Virus record (IMG/VR): IMGVR_UViG_3300008012_000033
Span: 1 to 55,807 of that record
Source: a virus
Taxonomy: Duplodnaviria; Caudoviricetes
Length of the DNA stretch: 55,807 bases
Direction: 5' to 3' (one strand)
Position 1 is the stretch's first letter, and the number at the start of each line of letters is the position of its first letter. Below the pieces are notes generated by a model, which saw only the letters and a list, made by a program, of their open reading frames with translations, made no database searches and had not been told where the DNA came from. This document shows positions 18,652-25,997 of the stretch, piece after piece. Both the position numbers and the translations under genes were made by a program.

Positions 18652-18701
18652 GGGTATGGGTATTGTGAGGACGGACGGCATTGCCCGTCCTCGGGTTTGT
18701 G

Positions 18702-18878
18702 TCAGGCTTTGTTCAACAGCATCTCGAGTTGGCACTCTTCGCTCTCGAGACGTTGTACTTCCGCACGAATCTCCTTCAGACGTTGCTTCGTGTCTTCAAT
18801 CAACTTGGCTTTGGTTGCCTCCATTGCTTCCCATGCGCATTGCGTTGGGGACTTCAGGGTGTTCTTGGAATTGGTCAT
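18702..18878 (-). CDS. Hypothetical 58-aa coiled-coil protein (not in ORF track)
   Basis: MTNSKNTLKSPTQCAWEAMEATKAKLIEDTKQRLKEIRAEVQRLESEECQLEMLLNKA; CACAATACCCAACCCC leader. Confidence 0.65.
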   Translation of the reverse strand: MTNSKNTLKSPTQCAWEAMEATKAKLIEDTKQRLKEIRAEVQRLESEECQLEMLLNKA

Positions 18879-18935
18879 GGGGTTGGGTATTGTGGGGAGG
18901 ACAGGGTGTCCATCCTCCCCGAGTTGGTGTTGTCT

Positions 18936-19193
18936 TCAGTTTCGGGTTGGTGCGTACACAATCTCTTGTGCGTGAACCAAGGCGTTGGCCATTGTGCCGT
19001 CTACACCTTGGGCACGAATGCGTTCCCGAATCAGTGGCTTGCATTGGTCGATGACCTTGAGCGCAGTTGCCACACGGACAGCCTGGTCGCCGTCTCCTTG
19101 CGGCACATCCTCTCCTGCAATCTCGCAGGCATTGTACATGGTAGCCGCCAAGGTGGCGTCATTGGCTTGTTTGAGTTGGTCGATGAACAACAT
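18936..19193 (-). CDS. Hypothetical protein, first gene of leftward operon
   Basis: Follows the leftward promoter; C/A-rich leader. Confidence 0.65.
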   Translation of the reverse strand: MLFIDQLKQANDATLAATMYNACEIAGEDVPQGDGDQAVRVATALKVIDQCKPLIRERIRAQGVDGTMANALVHAQEIVYAPTRN

Positions 19194-19237
19194 GGGGTAT
19201 GTGTGTTGTGTGCTTTCGCACTGGTTTAACTACATCA

Positions 19238-19268
19238 CTAATGTACGAAAGAAGTTGACAAAGTCAAG
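19238..19268 (-). promoter_or_regulatory. Leftward Bacteroidota-type promoter overlapping palindrome TTGAC-N3-GTCAA
   Basis: Minus strand TTG-N19-TACATTAG; perfect palindrome arms at 19255-19267. Confidence 0.6.
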
Positions 19269-19691
19269 AGTTGTCCACTAAAATAATAGCCAACAAAAGC
19301 CAACGGAATTTGGGGTGCATGCATCCCGGTTGGGTGGGGGTGGAGGACGGCACAAGGTCGGGGGTGGGATTGTCCGAACGATGTGTGGAGCATGAGCAAC
19401 GACCGAAGAAGTTCTGTCTGTCGCCGAGAGGATGGAGAGCAACGGAGACCCGACCACGGCCCGCTGGCAAAACGGCAAAAGTTGCAGCGACATGTGGCGG
19501 CACACAGGCCCCGTGGGTTTGCAGATGCGTTCCGGTTGCGCCCCGCTAGCGCCTGTATGTATGTATAATCCCCACCCCAAACATGTCTGGCGGTATTTTC
19601 ACACCCATCCGAAAAAAAACACACTGTATTGCGATCAACAGAGACGACCTTGCCGCCTTGGAAAACTCACCAAGAGTTTTTCCTAGGGTAG

Positions 19692-19723
19692 CTTGACTTT
19701 ATCAATTTTTCTTGGTACCTTCG
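19692..19723 (+). promoter_or_regulatory. Rightward promoter, near mirror copy of the leftward one
   Basis: TTG-N20-TACCTTCG, containing TTGACTTTATCAA. Confidence 0.55.
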
Positions 19724-19833
19724 CTAACATAGTGACCGTGTTGTTCGCTTGTGTGGACTTGGGGTCCACAGCTCCAACATCATGTGGAGTTTCATTTAGA
19801 CTGTATCCAAGGACACATTTCAGGCTCGATCAC

Positions 19834-19864
19834 TTGCATGATGTGGTGTAACGGGTTAGCTTTG
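19834..19864 (+). promoter_or_regulatory. Bacteroidota primary-sigma promoter
   Basis: TTG-N20-TAGCTTTG, 22 nt before ATG 19887. Confidence 0.6.
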
Positions 19865-19886
19865 TCTAGACCTCAAGTATAGTAGA

Positions 19887-20096
19887 ATGGATCTCTTTTC
19901 GGCACCAACAGACACGGTCAATCCCTTTAGCCTAGAGGCAGAAGACCTGGTGGACAGCATATGTAGTGTGCATACGAAGGATGTAGGGTTCCGTCGTGAG
20001 GTGTTGTACTTGATACGTTCAGACTACACCAAGGGAAAGTTTCTTACACGGGAGGAGCTAGAGTCTTTTGCAGAATCTCATTTCAATTCAATCTAA
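19887..20096 (+). CDS. Hypothetical protein
   Basis: Follows promoter, abuts next gene. Confidence 0.6.
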   Translation: MDLFSAPTDTVNPFSLEAEDLVDSICSVHTKDVGFRREVLYLIRSDYTKGKFLTREELESFAESHFNSI

Positions 20097-20357
20097 ATGT
20101 ATCATCAATCAACCGAGGGTCTCATGGAGATCCTAGCAGACAACGAGTCTTTACTAGCAGACGGGTTTGATAAAGCCCTTGTGGGTGTCACCTGTGGAGC
20201 CAACCCAGTAGCCATCTATGACGCCATGAGCTGCATAGAGATTCTTATCGAAGAAGGCATGACGGAGATGGATGCCATAGAACACTTCGAGTTTAATGTA
20301 GTGGGATCGCACATGGGAGAGAAGACGCCTCTGTTCGTTGCCTTTACTGATGGATGA
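20097..20357 (+). CDS. Conserved-type acidic marine phage hypothetical protein
   Basis: LLADGFDKALVG...AIEHFEFNVVGSHMGEKTP. Confidence 0.75.
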   Translation: MYHQSTEGLMEILADNESLLADGFDKALVGVTCGANPVAIYDAMSCIEILIEEGMTEMDAIEHFEFNVVGSHMGEKTPLFVAFTDG

Positions 20358-20380
20358 GATATAGTTAGTATATTTACGTT

Positions 20381-20797
20381 GTGGGTAAACGCACGCAGCC
20401 ATACAGACTTGGATTTCCTGCAAAGTATGTAGATAAATCCCAGGGCAAGTCGGATACGAAGAGTACGACTGGCGAGGCTGTGGCTTTGCTCAAAAGAGGG
20501 CAGGAGGCAGCGAAGAAAGGCGAGAAGCTCCCCGACAGCTACTTCAAGGACAGAGTAGCGAAGAAGGGAGCGAAGGTTTCTCGCAAGGCACTGAGTGCTT
20601 CAGTCAAAAAAACATTGCAGGCCAAGGCCAAGAAGTCTGGCATCTCTTATGGCACACTGTCCAAGGTGTACCGCAGGGGTCAGGGCGCTTGGTTGTCAGG
20701 AGGTAGCCGCAGGGGTGCTTCTATGGCGGCTTGGGCTATGGGACGAGTTAATAGTTATATTAGGGGCTCGAGAAAACACGATACTGATTTACGATGA
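20381..20797 (+). CDS. Basic protein (DUF5824-like)
   Basis: KAKKSGISYGTLSKVYRRGQGAW...WAMGRVNSY; GTG start. Confidence 0.65.
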   Translation: MGKRTQPYRLGFPAKYVDKSQGKSDTKSTTGEAVALLKRGQEAAKKGEKLPDSYFKDRVAKKGAKVSRKALSASVKKTLQAKAKKSGISYGTLSKVYRRGQGAWLSGGSRRGASMAAWAMGRVNSYIRGSRKHDTDLR

Positions 20798-21984
20798 AAT
20801 ACGGTGATAAAAAGATGGGTGATGGTGGCAAAGCCAAGCAGCGCCTGATGCAATACATGGCTTCAGGAGGGATGACGCCTATGGACCCCAAGATGGCCAA
20901 GCACGGCATGAAGGTCACCGACGGTGGCGTCATGGTGAAGATCATGCCAATGGAAGATGGCGGTGCTGTCAAGGAGATGAAGCACGGCGGCAAGCATACC
21001 AAGGGTAAAAAGATCAAGGGTGCTTCGGCTACACAAGAAACGCAGGGTGCTGGCTACGAAATGAAAAAGGAAGGCCCTGTCACCTCTTTTGTCTACGATG
21101 AGGAGGGTATGCCCGCACGCACGCAAACCAGAGCTGGCAAGCCAGGTGCTGTTCCTCGTGTGACTGGGAAGACAATCGTTGCAGACACCCCGACGTCGGG
21201 AAGCCAGGCTGGGAAAACCAGCTACACCACAATCAGAGGAGGTATTGGTGGTGCGGTCAGCACGACAATCACCCCTGAGGGTTTGAAGGTCAGAGAGCGC
21301 AGAGCTCAATCCGCAAGGAAGGGTGAGCGAACCATGACAGCAAAGCAACTGAGCCCCAAGCGTGCGACAAAGATGAGATCTCGTATGAATAAGCAGATTC
21401 AGGATATTGTTGCGTCAGCCAAAAGCCAGGGCACGTTTACGGAAAACAGAAGAGTCCCTGCTCAGCGTGGTCATGAATACGATATGATTAAACCCGCACA
21501 GACAGCCCGCCCGGAAAACATCGCAAAGGCTAAGCGCAAGGGCAGCAAGGGCCTCAAGGCTTTGGCAGCCAAGAACCCGAAGCTCAAGTACGTCGGTAAG
21601 GACGGCATGAAGATGCCTGGCGGTGGCCACATCTTCAAGAAGGCCCAGGAGGGAACGAAGGTTGAGGGCAACCCACGAGCTGAAGCCAAGGGTCAAGTCA
21701 AGCTTAGACAGGCCAACATCGCCAGACTTAAAAAGGAAAAGGCAGGTATCCAAACTGGTGGATCATCCACTGGAGCCAAGGCGTTGGCTGGTGATGCAAA
21801 ATTCAAGTCACTCGTTGGCATGACAAGTATCAGCTCAAGCGCAGTGAGCAAGCTTCATGCTGGATACGATGCATTGATTGCTGCTGAGCAGAAGCAGTTG
21901 GCTGGCGCCATGAAAGCAGCGGAGCCACCAAAGATGTATAAGAAGGGCGACCTAGAAAGGGCTATGGCTAAATCAGCCAAGTAA
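20794..21984 (+). CDS. Lys/Met/Gly-rich low-complexity basic protein
   Basis: Repeated MxxGG / AxxGxKV motifs; ATGA coupling; terminator downstream. Confidence 0.7.
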   Translation: MKYGDKKMGDGGKAKQRLMQYMASGGMTPMDPKMAKHGMKVTDGGVMVKIMPMEDGGAVKEMKHGGKHTKGKKIKGASATQETQGAGYEMKKEGPVTSFVYDEEGMPARTQTRAGKPGAVPRVTGKTIVADTPTSGSQAGKTSYTTIRGGIGGAVSTTITPEGLKVRERRAQSARKGERTMTAKQLSPKRATKMRSRMNKQIQDIVASAKSQGTFTENRRVPAQRGHEYDMIKPAQTARPENIAKAKRKGSKGLKALAAKNPKLKYVGKDGMKMPGGGHIFKKAQEGTKVEGNPRAEAKGQVKLRQANIARLKKEKAGIQTGGSSTGAKALAGDAKFKSLVGMTSISSSAVSKLHAGYDALIAAEQKQLAGAMKAAEPPKMYKKGDLERAMAKSAK

Positions 21985-21985
21985 T

Positions 21986-22015
21986 AAAAAAAGGGGCTTA
22001 GGCCCCTTTCTTTTT
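21986..22015. terminator. Bidirectional rho-independent terminator
   Basis: A7-ggggc-ttag-gcccc-tttcttttt between convergent genes. Confidence 0.85.
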
Positions 22016-22418
22016 ACATCTGTATCAAGACAATCGGCGGTGCCTTCTTGTCTGAACCGTATTCGTACTCACAGTGATCTTCTGTGATTTCGAAAAAGTG
22101 TTTGTAAGTGCTCACCTCTCCATCAGCATCAAGTCCTACGGCGCAGAAGTTTCCTGTCGTGAGGAACTTTGCTCCAAACTCGGAACCAGCATTTACATAG
22201 TCGTAGGCGGTGTATCCATCTGACACCTTCCGAAACACAATGTATGATCCTCTTTTCTGATCACTTGTGATGTCTTGTACGAACAGGCAGGGTATCTCTG
22301 AAACCGATGAGTCCGTGATGCCACGGTAAAACTCAAAATCTTGCATGTCAATGTATTCGTCTTGACCGAAGGCGAAGCTGCTCAGAAGCAGCAGGGGGAT
22401 GATAAGTAAATTTTTCAT
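22014..22418 (-). CDS. Exported hypothetical protein
   Basis: Signal peptide MKNLLIIPLLLLSSFAFG|Q. Confidence 0.7.
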   Translation of the reverse strand: MKNLLIIPLLLLSSFAFGQDEYIDMQDFEFYRGITDSSVSEIPCLFVQDITSDQKRGSYIVFRKVSDGYTAYDYVNAGSEFGAKFLTTGNFCAVGLDADGEVSTYKHFFEITEDHCEYEYGSDKKAPPIVLIQM

Positions 22419-22425
22419 AGTGCTG

Positions 22426-22433
22426 TATATTTG
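22426..22433 (+). promoter_or_regulatory. TATATTTG -7 element (putative late promoter)
   Basis: Intergenic match to TAnnTTTG. Confidence 0.5.
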
Positions 22434-22499
22434 TGTTACTCATATAACGGCATGAGATTCTGATTATTCTCCCTGCCAGATACAACAACTGTTAAAGAC

Positions 22500-22712
22500 A
22501 TGAAGTACGGCAAGAAGATGAAGCAGGGCGGGAATGTGAAAAGCGGAAACTTTTCTGTTCTCAACAAGACCAAGTCCATCGATCCTCCCAAGGGCTTCCA
22601 CTGGATGGAGGATGGGGGCAGGTACTACCTGATGGCTGGCGACTATGCTCCGCACCCAGGTGCTGTAGAGAAGGCCAAGTTCAGGATGGCTGACCACCCT
22701 AAGAAAAAATAA
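22500..22712 (+). CDS. Small basic protein
   Basis: MKYGKKMKQGG start shared with the 20794 gene; PPKGFHWM...YYLM. Confidence 0.7.
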   Translation: MKYGKKMKQGGNVKSGNFSVLNKTKSIDPPKGFHWMEDGGRYYLMAGDYAPHPGAVEKAKFRMADHPKKK

Positions 22713-23133
22713 TCTCTTCCTCGCCCTCTAGCTTACGGTAGAAGCGTTGGACCATGAGTCGGGCCTTCTGCGAAAGGGCATAGCGGTTTTTGTATGTCGT
22801 CCTCTCGTGCATCTGCGCTTCGTGGAAGTGCATCTCTGAGATCTTACTCTTATCGAACACCTTGGTGATCCACCCTTTCTTTTGCAGCGGGTACAGCACG
22901 GAGTTGGCGAACTTGGCTTTGTGGTGATACAGAGCTTCGGCGATGTGATCTATGGTGAAGAACTCGTAGTCGTACATGAACAGCAAGACGTTGATCTGAT
23001 TCATAGTTAGACCTGCCCTCTCATTGACGTCACGCACAGCGTGCTTGTAATACTTGAGGTAGTTCTTGTTGACGTACCTGTCGTTGAGGTAAGAAAACTC
23101 TCTGTTTTTTCGTCCCTTATGGTGTCTGGCCAT
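22699..23133 (-). CDS. Putative winged-helix (MarR-like) DNA-binding protein (start re-assigned to ATG 23133)
   Basis: GLTMNQINVLLFM..FTIDHIAEAL..LQKKGWI..RYALSQKA pattern. Confidence 0.6.
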   Translation of the reverse strand: MARHHKGRKNREFSYLNDRYVNKNYLKYYKHAVRDVNERAGLTMNQINVLLFMYDYEFFTIDHIAEALYHHKAKFANSVLYPLQKKGWITKVFDKSKISEMHFHEAQMHERTTYKNRYALSQKARLMVQRFYRKLEGEEEIIFS

Positions 23134-23138
23134 TATAT

Positions 23139-23146
23139 TATATTTG
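23139..23146 (+). promoter_or_regulatory. TATATTTG -7 element
   Basis: 18 nt before ATG 23165. Confidence 0.6.
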
Positions 23147-23164
23147 TGATGTAAAATTAGTGAC

Positions 23165-24037
23165 ATGGGAACACTCTCAGGAAGTACAATCAAGAACACG
23201 TATCAGGGCCTTTTGAAGACTTCAGACTCAGCAGCTCTGAGCGCCAGTCTCAAGGTCATCGAAGACGGACTGGGTAACGACTCAGCCCTGTCGCTGTCTA
23301 CCGCTGCCGTCAAGGTCGAGAGCCTTCAGATCAACACACCTGTATTTTCTGGTTCCAGCGATGTCCTTGTGTGGGACAGCACAGCCAAGAGCGTAGGTTT
23401 CAGAACACTCCCCGCCTTTGATGCCGTTACCGCTACAGTGACGGGCACCAGCAACCCCGTACTTACCGTCGCCGATACTGCTGGGTCGAGCTCTACTGTG
23501 ACCTTCAACAGCGGAACCAACATCCAGGTCAGCAACAGCAGCGGCACCATCACCTTTGACAACAGCACGCAGACGGTCAACAACATCACCACTGGTGTGA
23601 CGCTTACGGCTGCTGACTCTGGCAAGACACACTTCATTGACGCCAACACCCTTTCGGGCGGAACTATCGTTCTGCCTACAGCGGCAGCGGGCTTGCACTT
23701 CAAGTTTGTGATCGTTGACGCCAGCTCTACAGCTTTCAAGATCGCTACCAATAACGCTGCTGGCAGCGGCACGGTACAGAGGTTCATTGGTAAGGTGGTG
23801 GTCAACTCCACCACCGACGACCAGGTGGCTGTACAGAAGGTCATCAATACAGGCAACACGTTTGACAACGACACCTTGAGCATCGATGGCGATGCCGCCA
23901 CCTCTGGTGGCAACGAGGGTGACGTCATCCACTTGCACTGCGCCACCATTTCTGCCGTCGCCACATGGGTGGTTGACGCAAGACTTACAACTACAAATGC
24001 AAACCCATCCAGCATCGCTGTGATTGGGGCCTCCTAA
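23165..24037 (+). CDS. Thr/Ser-rich virion fibre/decoration protein
   Basis: IKNTYQGLLK N-terminus; TLTAADSGK..IVLPTAAAGLHFKFV beta-rich domain. Confidence 0.6.
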   Translation: MGTLSGSTIKNTYQGLLKTSDSAALSASLKVIEDGLGNDSALSLSTAAVKVESLQINTPVFSGSSDVLVWDSTAKSVGFRTLPAFDAVTATVTGTSNPVLTVADTAGSSSTVTFNSGTNIQVSNSSGTITFDNSTQTVNNITTGVTLTAADSGKTHFIDANTLSGGTIVLPTAAAGLHFKFVIVDASSTAFKIATNNAAGSGTVQRFIGKVVVNSTTDDQVAVQKVINTGNTFDNDTLSIDGDAATSGGNEGDVIHLHCATISAVATWVVDARLTTTNANPSSIAVIGAS

Positions 24038-24315
24038 TGGACCCGAATGACGAAAGAGTAAAGTATGTAAACCGCTTGATAAGTGAATTGCATGGCGCTA
24101 TCAAGGACGAGTTCCTACCTAGTGATTTCGCTTTCGTCTTTTGTTTTGTGATTGAGCGTGAAGACATGATCGTAGATGAAGAAGTCACGGCTGGATACTC
24201 GTGGTCTGTCAGAAGCGATGATGCATTTCAGGAATTAGTTAGTATACTTGACAGCGCATATCAAGCCAGCCGTAAAGACAAGGGCGACTGGTTGGATGAT
24301 ATATGCCTAAATTAA
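24037..24315 (+). CDS. Hypothetical protein
   Basis: TAATG coupling. Confidence 0.6.
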   Translation: MDPNDERVKYVNRLISELHGAIKDEFLPSDFAFVFCFVIEREDMIVDEEVTAGYSWSVRSDDAFQELVSILDSAYQASRKDKGDWLDDICLN

Positions 24316-24557
24316 ATCAAGTGGCCAACATCATTAGAAAGATCGTCGTGGGGCCGAACCCTAAAGACGCTATGGCATACTTCATTGGTATGCGTGCAGG
24401 TGATTCACGGATCAGCATGATCGTAGAAGACGAGAGGTCTATGTACAAGTACAACGTGCGTAGATACGAGGTGTATGTAGAGGATGAGGATTCTACCATG
24501 CTTTGGAAGACGATAGAGAATCAGCCTGTCCTTATAGAATACGATTGCAAATTTTAA
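24303..24557 (+). CDS. Hypothetical protein upstream of the GroES-like gene
   Basis: IIRKIVVG.NPKDAMAY...LWK....P..IEYD. Confidence 0.7.
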   Translation: MPKLNQVANIIRKIVVGPNPKDAMAYFIGMRAGDSRISMIVEDERSMYKYNVRRYEVYVEDEDSTMLWKTIENQPVLIEYDCKF

Positions 24558-24561
24558 TTTT

Positions 24562-25167
24562 ATGAAAGCCTTACATCACTTCATCGTAAGAGTACCTAAA
24601 ACATTTGAAGACACCATCGATGTCGGTGGCAAGGAGTTGTACTTAGACTCCAAGTGGAACGAGTTTGAAAACAGGATTGCTTACGGAGAGATCGTCTCTG
24701 TGCCTTTGAGGTACGACGGCGATGCCAAGAAGGGAGACACTTTGATCTTCCATCATCACGTCACAACAAACAGCGCCCTTAAAATCTCAGACGACCTGGG
24801 AGACAATTTGTACATGTGTATGTACAATGCAGAGCACGGTCAGCTCAGTCAAGCCATTGCGTATCGAAGCAAGGAGACAGAGGATCTGCACATGCTTGCG
24901 GACTGGCTGTTTGTTTTGCCTGTAGATCAGAAAAAAGAGGAGGAAAAGACTGAGGGAGGGATCATCATTCCCGACCTCAACCCTGAGGTCAGAGACATCG
25001 CCGAGGTATACACCCCACACCCAGAACTTGAGGAGCAAGATGTAAATCCTGGTGACATAGTAGGATTTGAGAAGAGTGCTGACTACAAGATTAAGTTAGA
25101 CAATGACGACATTGTCTATCGTATGCGTGTACAAGACATCAGCTATGTCGAAGTTCACAACGATTGA
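24562..25167 (+). CDS. GroES-like co-chaperonin with tandem domains
   Basis: DWLFVLPV..EEKTEGGIIIPD mobile-loop motif, VNPGDIVGF; N-terminal half has a similar GEIVSVP..KKGDTLIF pattern. Confidence 0.72.
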   Translation: MKALHHFIVRVPKTFEDTIDVGGKELYLDSKWNEFENRIAYGEIVSVPLRYDGDAKKGDTLIFHHHVTTNSALKISDDLGDNLYMCMYNAEHGQLSQAIAYRSKETEDLHMLADWLFVLPVDQKKEEEKTEGGIIIPDLNPEVRDIAEVYTPHPELEEQDVNPGDIVGFEKSADYKIKLDNDDIVYRMRVQDISYVEVHND

Positions 25168-25429
25168 AGCTGCCAAGCGATTGATGAAGTCTATGGAAAC
25201 GGCAATCAACAACATGATTGATGAAATCAAAAAGCCCGTAGATCCAGACATTAACGGTAGTGCAAGGAAGGCTGAGCTGCAATCGATCAAGCAGACAGCT
25301 ACGGACTGCAAAGAGCTTCTGGTAGAGCGCCAGCGGCTTGAACAAATGATCAAAGACCTTACGAACAATGGATCAATCGCAGAAGACAAAGACTACTCAG
25401 GAGGTTTCGCTGAGCGATACTCTAAGTGA
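25145..25429 (+). CDS. Putative terminase small subunit (start ATG 25145)
   Basis: Helical protein ending GGFAERYSK, upstream of terL. Confidence 0.5.
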   Translation: MSKFTTIEAAKRLMKSMETAINNMIDEIKKPVDPDINGSARKAELQSIKQTATDCKELLVERQRLEQMIKDLTNNGSIAEDKDYSGGFAERYSK

Positions 25430-25510
25430 TTGGAAGGAGATAGTCTGGCAGAGAAATAAAGTAGACTTCAATTTTTGGGAGGAGTCTTGGAATCTCGATT
25501 CAGGGGACTG

Positions 25511-25912
25511 ATGCCTTTCAAGGATCCTGAAAAGAGAAAAGAATATCAAAGAGAATATCATAGAAGGTACTATCAAGAGCATAGTGCCAAATACAAGGAC
25601 AAGGCTAAGAAGTGGAACAAGTCACAAAGGCGATGGGCAAGAGATTACGTGCAAAGGGTCAAGAGCCTGCACAAGTGCATCGACTGTGGCGAATCAAATC
25701 CACTGGTACTAGATTTTGATCATGTAAAAGACAAGTCACACAACATCTCTGATATGGTTAATGGTTCGTATTCCATAGCCTCAATCAAAAAGGAGATGAG
25801 AAAATGTGAGATACGTTGCTCCAACTGTCACAGAATCAAGACTGTAGAAAGACGAAACAAAAAATTAAATGAAGAATCTAAGCGTCAAAGTAGAGAAGAA
25901 GCGCATTCGTAG
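25511..25912 (+). CDS. HNH endonuclease (start ATG 25511)
   Basis: CIDCG..LDFDH..KCEIRCSNCHRIKT. Confidence 0.88.
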   Translation: MPFKDPEKRKEYQREYHRRYYQEHSAKYKDKAKKWNKSQRRWARDYVQRVKSLHKCIDCGESNPLVLDFDHVKDKSHNISDMVNGSYSIASIKKEMRKCEIRCSNCHRIKTVERRNKKLNEESKRQSREEAHS

Positions 25913-25997
25913 AAAGGGTGTGCATTCTAAGAACAACAACTCTAAGAACAAGGAATCCAAAAACTACGTGAAGGCTTATGCTGGTCAAGGTCGATAA
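25869..25997 (+). CDS. 42-aa basic micro-protein (not in ORF track)
   Basis: MKNLSVKVEKKRIRRKGVHSKNNNSKNKESKNYVKAYAGQGR; bridges HNH and terL; A-rich leader. Confidence 0.65.
   Translation: MKNLSVKVEKKRIRRKGVHSKNNNSKNKESKNYVKAYAGQGR

Noticed and set aside
19238-19686. Overlapping ORFs in the control region
   Set aside because: Six-frame clutter with atypical composition and no leader motif or coupling
18458-19690. CRISPR or mini-array
   Set aside because: Repeats are short, degenerate, irregularly spaced and tied to start codons; no cas genes
19271-19770. GTCCAC hexamers as DnaA boxes
   Set aside because: Only three short, imperfect matches to TTATCCACA; compatible with chance
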